Assembly (NCBI GenBank): GCA_032718475.1
Contig: JAUCBJ010006818.1
Span: 46,453 to 110,452, forward strand
Direction: 5' to 3'
DNA: 64,000 nt
DNA from: Nemertoderma westbladi
Taxonomy: Eukaryota > Animalia > Xenacoelomorpha
Shown here piece after piece: positions 1-15,000 of this stretch; the stretch's first letter is position 1; each line of letters opens with the position of its first letter. The translations under genes and the position numbers were made by a program. Under the pieces are notes generated by a model. The model was not told the origin of the DNA. It did no database searches and saw nothing but the letters and a program-made list of their open reading frames with translations.

Positions 1-3000
1 CGTGTTGAATTCCTTGGAGTTAGTCCAGGTCCAGCAACTACTAACCGTGTTGAATTCCTTGGAGTTAGTCCAGGTCCAGTAACTACTAACCGTGTTGAAT
101 TCCTTGATGGAGTTAGTCCAGGTCCAGTAACTACTAACCGAGTTGAATTCCTTGGAGTTAGTCCAGGTCCAGTAACTACTAACCGAGTTGAATTCCTTGG
201 AGTTAGTCCAGGTCCAGTAACTACTAACCGAGTTGAATTCCTTGGAGTTAGTCCAGGTCCAGTAACTACTAACCGAGTTGAATTCCTTGGAGTTAGTCCA
301 GGTCCAGTAACTACTAACCGAGTTGAATTCCTTGGAGTTAGTCCAGGTCCAGTAAATACTAACCGAGTTGAATTCCTTGATGGAGTTAGTCCAGGTCCAG
401 TAACTACTAACCGAGTTGAATTCCTTGATGGAGTTAGTCCAGGTCCAGTAACTACTAACCGAGTTGAATTCCTTGATGGAGTTAGTCCAGGTCCAGTAAC
501 TACTAACCGAGTTGAATTCCTTGGAGTTAGTCCAGGTCCAGTAAATACTAACCGAGTTGAATTCCTTGATGGAGTTAGTCCAGGTCCAGTAACTACTAAC
601 CGAGTTGAATTCCTTGATGGAGTTAGTCCAGGTCCAGTAACTACTAACCGAGTTGAATTCCTTGATGGAGTTAGTCCAGGTCCAGTAACTACTAACCGAG
701 TTGAATTCCTTGGAGTTAGTCCAGGTCCAGTAACTACTAACCGAGTTGAATTCCTTGGAGTTAGTCCAGGTCCAGTAACTACTAACCGAGTTGAATTCCT
801 TGGAGTTAGTCCAGGTCCAGTAAATACTAACCGAGTTGAATTCCTTGATGGAGTTAGTCCAGGTCCAGTAACTACTAACCGAGTTGAATTCCTTGATGGA
901 GTTAGTCCAGGTCCAGTAACTACTAACCGTGTTGAATACCTTGGTGGAGTTCGTCCACGTCCAGTAACTACTAACCGTGTTGAATTCTTTGGAGTTAGTC
1001 CAGGTCCAGTAACTACTAACCGAGTTGAATTCCTTGGAGTTAGTCCAGGTCCAGTAACTACTAACCGTGTTGAATTCCTTGGAGTTAGTCCAGGTCCAGT
1101 AACTACTAACCGTGCTGAATACCTTGATGGAGTTAGTCCAGGTCCAGTAACTACTAACCGAGTTGAATTCCTTGGAGTTAGTCCAGGTCCAGTAACTACT
1201 AACCGAGTTGAATTCCTTGGTGGAGTTCGTCCACGTCCAGTAACTACTAACCGTGTTGAATTCCTTGATGGAGTTAGTCCAGGTCCAGTAACTACTAACC
1301 GAGTTGAATTCCTTGATGGAGTTAGTCCAGGTCCAGTAACTACTAACCGAGTTGAATTCCTTGATGGAGTTAGTCCAGGTCCAGTAACTACTAACCGAGT
1401 TGAATTCCTTGATGGAGTTAGTCCAGGTCCAGTAACTACTAACCGAGTTGAATTCCTTGATGGAGTTAGTCCAGGTCCAGTAACTACTAACCGAGTTGAA
1501 TTCCTTGATGGAGTTAGTCCAGGTCCAGTAACTACTAACCGAGTTGAATTACTTGGAGATAGTCCAGGTCCAGTAACTACTAACCGTGTTGAATTCCTTG
1601 ATGGAGTTAGTCCAGGTCCAGTAACTACTAACCGAGTTGAATTCCTTGATGGAGTTAGTCCAGGTCCAGTAACTACTAACCGAGTTGAATTCCTTGATGG
1701 AGTTAGTCCAGGTCCAGTAACTACTAACCGTGTTGAATACCTTGGTGGAGTTCGTCCACGTCCAGTAACTACTAACCGTGTTGAATTCTTTGGAGTTAGT
1801 CCAGGTCCAGTAACTACTAACCGAGTTGAATTCCTTGGAGTTAGTCCAGGTCCAGTAACTACTAACCGAGTTGAATTCCTTGGAGTTAGTCCAGGTCCAG
1901 TAACTACTAACCGTGTTGAATTCCTTGGAGTTAGTCCAGGTCCAGTAACTACTAACCGAGTTGAATTCCTTGGTGGAGTTCGTCCACGTCCAGTAACTAC
2001 TAACCGTGTTGAATTCCTTGATGGAGTTAGTCCAGGTCCAGTAACTACTAACCGAGTTGAATTCCTTGGAGTTAGTCCAGGTCCAGTAACTACTAACCGA
2101 GTTGAATTCCTTGATGGAGTTAGTCCAGGTTCAGTAACTACTAACCGAGTTGAATTCCTTGATGGAGTTAGTCCAGGTCCAGTAACTACTAACCGAGTTG
2201 AATTCCTTGATGGAGTTAGTCCAGGTCCAGTAACTACTAACAGTGTTGAATTCCTTGATGGAGTTAGTCCAGGTCCAGTAACTACTAACCGAGTTGAATT
2301 CCTTGGAGTTAGTCCAGGTCCAGCAACTACTAACCGTGTTGAATTCCTTGGAGTTAGTCCAGGTCCAGTAACTACTAACCGTGTTGAATTCCTTGATGGA
2401 GTTAGTCCAGGTCCAGTAACTACTAACCGAGTTGAATTCCTTGATGGAGTTAGTCCAGGTCCAGTAACTACTAACCGAGTTGAATTCCTTGATGGAGTTA
2501 GTCCAGGTCCAGTAACTACTAACCGTGTTGAATACCTTGGTGGAGTTCGTCCAGGTCCAGTAACTACTAACCGAGTTGAATTCCTTGATGGAGTTAGTCC
2601 AGGTCCAGTAACTACTAACCGAGTTGAATTACTTGGAGATAGTCCAGGTCCAGTAACTACTAACCGTGTTGAATACCTTGGTGGAGTTCGTCCACGTCCA
2701 GTAACTACTAACCGAGTTGAATTACTTGGAGATAGTCCAGGTCCAGTAACTACTAACCGTGTTGAATTCTTTGGAGTTAGTCCAGGTCCAGTAACTACTA
2801 ACCGAGTTGAATTACTTGGAGATAGTCCAGGTCCAGTAACTACTAACCGTGTTGAATTCTTTGGAGTTAGTCCAGGTCCAGTAACTACTAACCGAGTTGA
2901 ATTCCTTGATGGAGTTAGTCCAGGTCCAGTAACTACTAACCGAGTTGAATTCTTTGGAGTTAGTCCAGGTCCAGTAACTACTAACCGAGTTGAATTCCTT

Positions 3001-6000
3001 GACGGAGTTAGTCCAGGTCCAGTAACTACTAACCGAGTTGAATTACTTGGAGATAGTCCAGGTCCAGTAACTACTAACCGTGTTGAATTCTTTGGAGTTA
3101 GTCCAGGTCCAGTAACTACTAACCGAGTTGAATTCCTTGATGGAGTTAGTCCAGGTCCAGTAACTACTAACCGTGTTGAATTCCTTGATGGAGTTAGTCC
3201 AGGTCCAGTAACTACTAACCGAGTTGAATTCCTTGATGGAGTTAGTCCAGGTCCAGTAACTACTAACCGAGTTGAATTCCTTGATGGAGTTAGTCCAGGT
3301 CCAGTAACTACTAACCGAGTTGAATTCCTTGATGGAGTTAGTCCAGGTCCAGTAACTACTAACCGAGTTGAATTCCTTGGAGTTAGTCCAGGTCCAGTAA
3401 CTACTAACCGAGTTGAATTCCTTGGAGTTAGTCCAGGTCCAGTAACTACTAACCGAGTTGAATTCCTTGATGGAGTTAGTCCAGGTCCAGTAACTACTAA
3501 CCGAGTTGAATTCCTTGGAGTTAGTCCAGGTCCAGTAACTACTAACCGAGTGGAATTCCTTGGAGTTAGTCCAGGTCCAGTAACTACTAACCGAGTTGAA
3601 TTCCTTGATGGAGTTAGTCCAGGTCCAGTAACTACTAACCGTGTTGAATTCCTTGATGGAGTTAGTCCAGGTCCAGTAACTACTAACCGAGTTGAATTCC
3701 TTGATGGAGTTAGTCCAGGTCCAGTAACTACTAACCGAGTTGAATTCCTTGGAGTTAGTCCAGGTCCAGTAACTACTAACCGAGTTGAATTCCTTGGAGT
3801 TAGTCCAGGTCCAGTAACTACTAACCGAGTTGAATTCCTTGGTGGAGTTCGTCCACGTCCAGTAACTACTAACCGTGTTGAATTCCTTGGAGTTAGTCCA
3901 GGTCCAGTAACTACTAACCGAGTTGAATTCCTTGATGGAGTTAGTCCAGGTCCAGTAACTACTAACCGAGTTGAATTCCTTGGTGGAGTTAGTCCAGGTC
4001 CAGTAACTACTAACCGAGTTGAATTCCTTGATGGAGTTAGTCCAGGTCCAGTAACTACTAACCGAGTTGAATTCCTTGATGGAGTTAGTCCAGGTCCAGT
4101 AACTACTAACCGAGTTGAATTCCTTGATGGAGTTAGTCCAGGTCCAGTAACTACTAACCGAGTTGAATTCCTTGGTGGAGTTAGTCCAGGTCCAGTAACT
4201 ACTAACCGAGTTGAATTCCTTGGAGTTAGTCCAGGCCCAGTAACTACTAACCGAGTTGAATTCCTTGGAGTTAGTCCAGGTCCAGTAACTACTAACCGTG
4301 TTGAATTCCTTGGTGGAGTTAGTCCAGGTCCAGTAACTACTAACCGAGTTGAATTCCTTGGAGTTAGTCCAGGTCCAGTAACTACTAACCGTGTTGAATT
4401 CCTTGGTGGAGTTAGTCCAGGTCCAGTAACTACTAACCGTGTTGAATTCCTTGGTGGAGTTAGTCCAGGTCCAGTAACTACTAACCGAGTTGAATTCCTT
4501 GGAGTTAGTCCAGGTCCAGTAACTACTAACCGTGTTGAATTACTTGATGGAGTTAGTCCAGGCCCAGTAACTACTAACCGAGTTGAATTCCTTGGAGTTA
4601 GTCCAGGTCCAGTAACTACTAACCGTGTTGAATTCCTTGGTGGAGTTCGTCCAGGTCCAGTAACTACTAACCGAGTTGAATTCCTTGGAGTTAGTCCAGG
4701 CCCAGTAACTACTAACCGAGTTGAATTCCTTGATGGAGTTAGTCCAGGTCCAGTAACTACTAACTGAGTTGAATTCCTTGATGGAGTTAGTCCAGGTCCA
4801 GTAACTACTAACCGAGTTGAATTCCTTGGAGTTAGTCCAGGCCCAGTAACTACTAACCGAGTTGAATTCCTTGATGGAGTTAGTCCAGGTCCAGTAACTA
4901 CTAACCGAGTTGAATTCCTTGGTGGAGTTCGTCCAGGTCCAGTAACTACTAACCGAGTTGAATTCCTTGGAGTTAGTCCAGGCCCAGTAACTACTAACCG
5001 AGTTGAATTCCTTGATGGAGTTAGTCCAGGTCCAGTAACTACTAACCGAGTTGAATTCCTTGATGGAGTTAGTCCAGGTCCAGTAACTACTAACCGAGTT
5101 GAATTCCTTGGAGTTAGTCCAGGCCCAGTAACTACTAACCGAGTTGAATTCCTTGGAGTTAGTCCAGGTCCAGTAACTACTAACCGTGTTGAATTCCTTG
5201 GTGGAGTTCGTCCACGTCCAGTAACTACTAACCGAGTTGAATTCCTTGGAGTTAGTCCAGGTCCAGTAACTACTAACCGAGTTGAATTCCTTGATGGAGT
5301 TAGTCCAGGTCCAGTAACTACTAACCGTGTTGAATTCCTTGGAGTTAGTCCAGGTCCAGTAACTACTAACCGTGTTGAATACCTTGGTGGAGTTCGTCCA
5401 GGTCCAGTAACTACTAACCGAGTTGAATTCCTTGGAGTTAGTCCAGGTCCAGTAACTACTAACCGAGTTGAATTCCTTGGAGTTAGTCCAGGTCCAGTAA
5501 CTACTAACCGTGTTGAATTCCTTGATGGAGTTAGTCCAGGTCCAGTAACTACCAACCGTGTTGAATTCCTTGGAGTTAGTCCAGGTCCAGTAACTACTAA
5601 CCGTGTTGAATTCCTTGATGGAGTTAGTCCAGGTCCAGTAACTACTAACCGAGTTGAATTCCTTGATGGAGTTAGTCCAGGTCCAGTAACTACTAACCGA
5701 GTTGAATTCCTTGATGGAGTTAGTCCAGGTCCAGTAACTACTAACCGAGTTGAATTCCTTGGAGTTAGTCCAGGTCCAGTAACTACTAACCGAGTTGCAT
5801 TCCCGATGGAGTTAGTCCAGGTCCAGTAACTACTAACCGAGTTGAATTCCTTGATGGAGTTAGTCCAGGTCCAGTAACTACTAACCGAGTTGAATTCCTT
5901 GATGGAGTTAGTCCAGGTCCAGTAACTACTAACCGAGTGGAATTCCTTGGAGTTAGTCCAGGTCCAGTAACTACTAACCGTGTTGAATTCCTTGATGGAG

Positions 6001-9000
6001 TTAGTCCAGGTCCAGTAACTACTAACCGTGTTGAATTCCTTGATGGAGTTAGTCCAGGTCCAGTAACTACTAACCGAGTTGAATTCCTTGGAGTTAGTCC
6101 AGGTCCAGTAACTACTAACCGAGTTGAATTCCTTGATGGAGTTAGTCCAGGTCCAGTAACTACTAACCGTGTTGAATTCCTTGATGGAGTTAGTCCAGGT
6201 CCAGTAACTACTAACCGAGTTGAATTCCTTGGAGTTAGTCCAGGTCCAGTAACTACTAACCGAGTTGAATTCCTTGATGGAGTTAGTCCAGGTCCAGTAA
6301 CTACTAACCGAGTTGAATTCCTTGGAGTTAGTCCACGTCCAGTAACTACTAACCGTGTTGAATACCTTGGTGGAGTTCGTCCACGTCCAGTAACTACTAA
6401 CCGTGTTGAATTCTTTGGAGTTAGTCCAGGTCCAGTAACTACTAACCGTGTTGAATTACTTGATGGAGTTAGTCCAGGTCCAGTAACTACTAACCGAGTT
6501 GAATTCCTTGATGGAGTTAGTCCAGGTCCAGTAACTACTAACCGAGTTGAATTCCTTGATGGAGTTAGTCCAGGTCCAGTAACTACTAACCGAGTTGAAT
6601 TCCTTGGAGTTAGTCCAGGTCCAGTAACTACTAACCGAGTTGAATTCCTTGATGGAGTTAGTCCAGGTCCAGTAACTACTAACCGAGTTGAATTCCTTGA
6701 TGGAGTTAGTCCAGGTCCAGTAACTACTAACCGAGTTGAATTCCTTGATGGAGTTAGTCCAGGTCCAGTAACTACTAACCGTGTTGAATTCCTTGATGGA
6801 GTTAGTCCAGGTCCAGTAACTACTAACCGAGTTGAATTCCTTGATGGAGTTAGTCCAGGTCCAGTAACTACTAACCGAGTTGAATTCCTTGATGGAGTTA
6901 GTCCAGGTCCAGTAACTACTAACCGAGTTGAATTCCTTGATGGAGTTAGTCCAGGTCCAGTAACTACTAACCGTGTTGAATTCCTTGATGGAGTTAGTCC
7001 AGGTCCAGTAACTACTAACCGAGTTGAATTCCTTGGAGTTAGTCCAGGTCCAGTAACTACTAACCGAGTTGAATTCCTTGATGGAGTTAGTCCAGGTCCA
7101 GTAACTACTAACCGAGTTGAATTCCTTGGAGTTAGTCCAGGTCCAGTAACTACTAACCGAGTTGAATTCCTTGATGGAGTTAGTCCACGTCCAGTAACTA
7201 CTAACCGTGTTGAATACCTTGGTGGAGTTCGTCCACGTCCAGTAACTACTAACCGTGTTGAATTCCTTGATGGAGTTAGTCCAGGTCCAGTAACTACTAA
7301 CCGAGTTGAATTCCTTGATGGAGTTAGTCCAGGTCCAGTAACTACTAACCGAGTTGAATTCCTTGGAGTTAGTCCAGGTCCAGTAACTACTAACCGAGTT
7401 GAATTCCTTGATGGAGTTAGTCCAGGTCCAGTAACTACTAACCGAGTTGAATTCCTTGATGGAGTTAGTCCAGGTCCAGTAACTACTAACCGAGTTGAAT
7501 TCCTTGGAGTTAGTCCAGGTCCAGTAACTACTAACCGAGTTGAATTCCTTGATGGAGTTAGTCCAGGTCCAGTAACTACTAACCGAGTTGAATTCCTTGA
7601 TGGAGTTAGTCCAGGTCCAGTAACTACTAACCGAGTTGAATTCCTTGGAGTTAGTCCAGGTCCAGTAACTACTAACCGAGTTGAATTCCTTGATGGAGTT
7701 AGTCCAGGTCCAGTAACTACTAACCGAGTTTAATTCCTTGGTGGAGTTCGTCCACGTCCAGTAACTACTAACCGTGTTGAATTCTTTGGAGTTAGTCCAG
7801 GTCCAGTAACTACTAACCGAGTTGAATTCCTTGATGGAGTTAGTCCAGGTCCAGTAACTACTAACCGAGTTGAATTCCTTGGAGTTAGTCCAGGTCCAGT
7901 AACTACTAACCGTGTTGAATTACTTGATGGAGTTAGTCCAGGTCCAGTAACTACTAACCGTGTTGAATTACTTGACGGAGTTAGTCCAGGTCCAGTAACT
8001 ACTAACCGTGTTGAATACCTTGGTGGAGTTCGTCCACGTCCAGTAACTACTAACCGTGTTGAATTCTTTGGAGTTAGTCCAGGTCCAGTAACTACTAACC
8101 GAGTTGAATTCCTTGATGGAGTTAGTCCAGGTCCAGTAACTACTAACCGAGTTGAATTCCTTGGAGTTAGTCCACGTCCAGTAACTACTAACCGTGTTGA
8201 ATACCTTGGTGGAGTTCGTCCACGTCCAGTAACTACTAACCGTGTTGAATTCTTTGGAGTTAGTCCAGGTCCAGTAACTACTAACCGAGTTGAATTCCTT
8301 GATGGAGTTAGTCCAGGTCCAGTAACTACTAACCGAGTTGAATTCCTTGGAGTTAGTCCAGGTCCAGTAACTACTAACCGAGTTGAATTCCTTGATGGAG
8401 TTAGTCCAGGTCCAGTAACTACTAACCGAGTTGAATTCCTTGATGGAGTTAGTCCAGGTCCAGTAACTACTAACCGAGTTGAATTCCTTGATGGAGTTAG
8501 TCCAGGTCCAGTAACTACTAACCGTGTTGAATTCCTTGATGGAGTTAGTCCAGGTCCAGTAACTACTAACCGAGTTGAATTCCTTGATGGAGTTAGTCCA
8601 GGTCCAGTAACTACTAACCGAGTTGAATTCCTTGATGGAGTTAGTCCAGGTCCAGTAACTACTAACCGAGTTGAATTCCTTGATGGAGTTAGTCCAGGTC
8701 CAGTAACTACTAACCGTGTTGAATTCCTTGATGGAGTTAGTCCAGGTCCAGTAACTACTAACCGAGTTGAATTCCTTGGAGTTAGTCCAGGTCCAGTAAC
8801 TACTAACCGAGTTGAATTCCTTGATGGAGTTAGTCCACGTCCAGTAACTACTAACCGTGTTGAATACCTTGGTGGAGTTCGTCCACGTCCAGTAACTACT
8901 AACCGTGTTGAATTCCTTGATGGAGTTAGTCCAGGTCCAGTAACTACTAACCGAGTTGAATTCCTTGATGGAGTTAGTCCAGGTCCAGTAACTACTAACC

Positions 9001-12000
9001 GAGTTGAATTCCTTGATGGAGTTAGTCCAGGTCCAGTAACTACTAACCGAGTTGAATTCCTTGATGGAGTTAGTCCAGGTCCAGTAACTACTAACCGTGT
9101 TGAATTCCTTGATGGAGTTAGTCCAGGTCCAGTAACTACTAACCGAGTTGAATTCCTTGGAGTTAGTCCAGGTCCAGTAACTACTAACCGAGTTGAATTC
9201 CTTGATGGAGTTAGTCCAGGTCCAGTAACTACTAACCGAGTTTAATTCCTTGATGGAGTTAGTCCAGGTCCAGTAACTACTAACCGTGTTGAATTCCTTG
9301 ATGGAGTTAGTCCAGGTCCAGTAACTACTAACCGAGTTGAATTCCTTGGAGTTAGTCCAGGTCCAGTAACTACTAACCGAGTTGAATTCCTTGATGGAGT
9401 TAGTCCACGTCCAGTAACTACTAACCGTGTTGAATACCTTGGTGGAGTTCGTCCACGTCCAGTAACTACTAACCGTGTTGAATTCCTTGATGGAGTTAGT
9501 CCAGGTCCAGTAACTACTAACCGAGTTGAATTCCTTGGAGTTAGTCCAGGACCAGTAACTACTAACCGAGTTGAATTCCTTGGAGTTAGTCCAGGTCCAG
9601 TAACTACTAACCGTGTTGAATACCTTGGTGGAGTTCGTCCAGGTCCAGTAACTACTAACCGTGTTGAATTCCTTGATGGAGTTAGTCCAGGTCCAGTAAC
9701 TACTAACCGTGTTGAATTCCTTGATGGAGTTAGTCCAGGTCCAGTAACTACTAACCGTGTTGAATTCCTTGATGGAGTTAGTCCAGGTCCAGTAACTACT
9801 AACCGAGTTGAATTCCTTGATGGAGTTAGTCCAGGTCCAGTAACTACTAACCGTGTTGAATTCCTTGGAGTTAGTCCAGGTCCAGTAACTACTAACCGAG
9901 TTGAATTCCTTGATGGAGTTAGTCCAGGTCCAGTAACTACTAACCGAGTTGAATTCCTTGATGGAGTTAGTCCAGGTCCAGTAACTACTAACCGTGTTGA
10001 ATTCCTTGGAGTTAGTCCAGGTCCAGTAACTACTAACCGAGTTGAATTCCTTGATGGAGTTAGTCCAGGTCCAGTAACTACTAACCGTGTTGAATTCCTT
10101 GGAGTTAGTCCAGGTCCAGTAACTACTAACCGTGTTGAATTCCTTGGTGGAGTTAGTCCAGGTCCAGTAACTACTAACCGAGTTGAATTCCTTGGTGGAG
10201 TTCGTCCACGTCCAGTAACTACTAACCGAGTTGAATTCCTTGATGGAGTTAGTCCAGGTCCAGTAACTACTAACCGAGTTGAATTCCTTGATGGAGTTAG
10301 TCCAGGTCCAGTAACTACTAACCGTGTTGAATTCCTTGATGGAGTTAGTCCAGGTCCAGTAACTACTAACCGTGTTGAATTCCTTGGAGTTAGTCCAGGT
10401 CCAGTAACTACTAACCGTGTTGAATTCCTTGATGGAGTTAGTCCAGGTCCAGTAACTACTAACCGAGTTGAATTCCTTGATGGAGTTAGTCCAGGTCCAG
10501 TAACTACTAACCGAGTTGAATTCCTTGGAGTTAGTCCAGGTCCAGTAACTACTAACCGAGTTGAATTACTTGATGGAGTTAGTCCAGGTCCAGTAACTAC
10601 TAACCGAGTTGAATTCCTTGGAGTTAGTCCAGGTCCAGTAACTACTAACCGAGTTGAATTACTTGACGGAGTTAGTCCAGGTCCAGTAACTATTAACCGA
10701 GTTGAATTCCTTGGAGTTAGTCCAGGTCCAGTAACTACTAACCGTGTTGAATACCTTGGTGGAGTTCGTCCAGGTCCAGTAACTACTAACCGAGTTGAAT
10801 TCCTTGGAGTTAGTCCAGGTCCAGTAACTACTAACCGTGTTGAATTCCTTGATGGAGTTAGTCCAGGTCCAGTAACTACTAACCGAGTTGAATTCCTTGA
10901 TGGAGTTAGTCCAGGTCCAGTAACTACTAACCGAGTTGAATTCCTTGGAGTTAGTCCAGGTCCAGTAACTACTAACCGAGTTGAATTACTTGATGGAGTT
11001 AGTCCAGGTCCAGTAACTACTAACCGAGTTGAATTCCTTGGAGTTAGTCCAGGTCCAGTAACTACTAACCGAGTTGAATTACTTGACGGAGTTAGTCCAG
11101 GTCCAGTAACTACTAACCGTGTTGAATACCTTGGTGGAGTTAGTCCAGGTCCAGTAACTACTAACCGAGTTGAATTACTTGACGGAGTTAGTCCAGGTCC
11201 AGTAACTACTAACCGAGTTGAATTACTTGACGGAGTTAGTCCAGGTCCAGTAACTACTAAACGGTTGAATTCCTTGATGGAGTTAGTCCAGGTCCAGTAA
11301 CTACTAACCGAGTTGAATTACTTGACGGAGTTAGTCCAGGTCCAGTAACTACTAACCGAGTTGAATTACTTGACGGAGTTAGTCCAGGTCCAGTAACTAC
11401 TAACCGAGTTGAATTCCTTGATGGAGTTAGTCCAGGTCCAGTAACTACTAACCGTGTTGAATACCTTGGTGGAGTTCGTCCAGGTCCAGTAACTACTAAC
11501 CGAGTTGAATTACTTGACGGAGTTAGTCCAGGTCCAGTAACTACTAACCGAGTTGAATTCCTTGGAGTTAGTCCAGGTCCAGTAACTACTAACCGAGTTG
11601 AATTCCTTGGAGTTAGTCCAGGTCCAGTAACTACTAACCGAGTTGAATTACTTGACGGAGTTAGTCCAGGTCCAGTAACTACTAACGTGTTGAATTCCTT
11701 GGAGTTAGTCCAGGTCCAGTAACTACTAACCGAGTTGAATTCCTTGGAGTTAGTCCAGGTCCAGTAACTACTAACCGTGTTGAATACCTTGGTGGAGTTC
11801 GTCCAGGTCCAGTAACTACTAACCGAGTTGAATTCCTTGGAGTTAGTCCAGGTCCAGTAACTACTAACCGAGTTGAATTCCTTGATGGAGTTAGTCCAGG
11901 TCCAGTAACTACTAACGTGTTGAATTCCTTGGAGTTAGTCCAGGTCCAGTAACTACTAACCGAGTTGAATTCCTTGGAGTTAGTCCAGGTCCAGTAACTA

Positions 12001-15000
12001 CTAACGTGTTGAATTCCTTGGAGTTAGTCCAGGTCCAGTAACTACTAACCGAGTTGAATTCCTTGGAGTTAGTCCAGGTCCAGTAACTACTAACCGTGTT
12101 GAATTCCTTGGAGTTAGTCCAGGTCCAGTAACTACTAACCGTGTTGAATACCTTGGTGGAGTTCGTCCAGGTCCAGTAACTACTAACCGTGTTGAATACC
12201 TTGGTGGAGTTAGTCCACGTCCAGTAACTACTAACCGTGTTGAATTCCTTGATGGAGTTAGTCCAGGTCCAGTAACTACTAACCGAGTTGAATTCCTTGG
12301 AGTTAGTCCAGGTCCAGTAACTACTAACCGTGTTGAATACCTTGGTGGAGTTCGTCCAGGTCCAGTAACTACTAACCGAGTTGAATTCCTTGGAGTTAGT
12401 CCAGGTCCAGTAACTACTAACCGAGTTGAATTCCTTGGAGTTAGTCCAGGTCCAGTAACTACTAACCGTGTTGAATACCTTGGTGGAGTTCGTCCAGGTC
12501 CAGTAACTACTAACCGAGTTGAATTCCTTGGAGTTAGTCCAGGTCCAGTAACTACTAACCGAGTTGAATTCCTTGGAGTTAGTCCAGGTCCAGTAACTAC
12601 TAACCGAGTTGAATTCCTTGATGGAGTTAGTCCAGGTCCAGTAACTACTAACCGAGTTGAATTACTTGACGGAGTTAGTCCAGGTCCAGTAACTACTAAC
12701 GTGTTGAATTCCTTGGAGTTAGTCCAGGTCCAGTAACTACTAACCGAGTTGAATTCCTTGGAGTTAGTCCAGGTCCAGTAACTACTAACCGAGTTGAATT
12801 CCTTGGAGTTAGTCCAGGTCCAGTAACTACTAACCGAGTTGAATTCCTTGGAGTTAGTCCAGGTCCAGTAACTACTAACCGTGTTGAATTCCTTGATGGA
12901 GTTAGTCCAGGTCCAGTAACTACTAACCGAGTTGAATTCCTTGGAGTTAGTCCAGGTCCAGTAACTACTAACCGAGTTGAATTCCTTGGAGTTAGTCCAG
13001 GTCCAGTAACTACTAACCGAGTTGAATTCCTTGGAGTTAGTCCAGGTCCAGTAACTACTAACCGTGTTGAATTCCTTGATGGAGTTAGTCCAGGTCCAGT
13101 AACTACTAACCGAGTTGAATTCCTTGGAGTTAGTCCAGGTCCAGTAACTACTAACCGTGTTGAATACCTTGGTGGAGTTCGTCCAGGTCCAGTAACTACT
13201 AACCGAGTTGAATTCCTTGGAGTTAGTCCAGGTCCAGTAACTACTAACCGTGTTGAATACCTTGGTGGAGTTCGTCCAGGTCCAGTAACTACTAACCGAG
13301 TTGAATTCCTTGATGGAGTTAGTCCAGGTCCAGTAACTACTAACCGAGTTGAATTCCTTGGAGTTAGTCCAGGTCCAGTAACTACTAACCGAGTTGAATT
13401 ACTTGACGGAGTTAGTCCAGGTCCAGTAACTACTAACCGAGTTGAATTCCTTGGAGTTAGTCCAGGTCCAGTAACTACTAACCGAGTTGAATTACTTGAC
13501 GGAGTTAGTCCAGGTCCAGTAACTACTAACCGAGTTGAATTCCTTGGAGTTAGTCCAGGTCCAGTAACTACTAACCGAGTTGAATTCCTTGATGGAGTTA
13601 GTCCAGGTCCAGTAACTACTAACCGTGTTGAATACCTTGGTGGAGTTAGTCCACGTCCAGTAACTACTAACCGTGTTGAATTCCTTGATGGAGTTAGTCC
13701 AGGTCCAGTAACTACTAACCGAGTTGAATTACTTGACGGAGTTAGTCCAGGTCCAGTAACTACTAACCGAGTTGAATTCCTTGGAGTTAGTCCAGGTCCA
13801 GTAACTACTAACCGAGTTGAATTCCTTGATGGAGTTAGTCCAGGTCCAGTAACTACTAACCGAGTTGAATACCTTGGTGGAGTTCGTCCAGGTCCAGTAA
13901 CTACTAACCGAGTTGAATTACTTGACGGAGTTAGTCCAGGTCCAGTAACTACTAACCGAGTTGAATTCCTTGGAGTTAGTCCAGGTCCAGTAACTACTAA
14001 CCGTGTTGAATTCCTTGATGGAGTTAGTCCAGGTCCAGTAACTACTAACCGAGTTGAATTACTTGACGGAGTTAGTCCAGGTCCAGTAACTACTAACCGA
14101 GTTGAATTCCTTGGAGTTAGTCCAGGTCCAGTAACTACTAACCGAGTTGAATTCCTTGATGGAGTTAGTCCAGGTCCAGTAACTACTAACCGAGTTGAAT
14201 ACCTTGGTGGAGTTCGTCCAGGTCCAGTAACTACTAACCGAGTTGAATTCCTTGGAGTTAGTCCAGGTCCAGTAACTACTAACCGTGTTGAATTCCTTGA
14301 TGGAGTTAGTCCAGGTCCAGTAACTACTAACCGAGTTGAATTCCTTGACGGAGTTAGTCCAGGTCCAGTAACTACTAACCGAGTTGAATTCCTTGGAGTT
14401 CGTCCAGGTCCAGTAACTACTAACCGAGTTGAATTACTTGATGGAGTTAGTCCAGGTCCAGTAACTACTAACCGAGTTGAATTCCTTGGAGTTAGTCCAG
14501 GTCCAGTAACTACTAACCGTGTTGAATACCTTGGTGGAGTTCGTCCAGGTCCAGTAACTACTAACCGAGTTGAATTCCTTGGAGTTAGTCTAGGTCCAGT
14601 AACTACTAACCGTGTTGAATACCTTGGTGGAGTTCGTCCAGGTCCAGTAACTACTAACCGAGTTGAATTCCTTGGAGTTAGTCTAGGTCCAGTAACTACT
14701 AACCGTGTTGAATACCTTGGTGGAGTTAGTCCCGGTTCAGTAACTACTGACGTGTTGAATTCCTTGGAGTTAGTCCAGGTCCAGTAACTACTAACCGAGT
14801 TGAATTCCTTGGAGTTAGTCCAGGTCCAGTAACTACTAACCGAGTTGAATTCCTTGGAGTTAGTCTAGGTCCAGTAACTACTAACCGTGTTGAATTCCTT
14901 GATGGAGTTAGTCCAGGTCCAGTAACTACTAACCGAGTTGAATTCCTTGGAGTTAGTCCAGGTCCAGTAACTACTAACCGTGTTGAATACCTTGGTGGAG

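Noticed and set aside
37-45. Perfect TACTAAC branch-point box in every unit on the + strand
   Set aside because: It is simply the reverse complement of the donor GTTAGTA, and there is no evidence of a + strand transcript.
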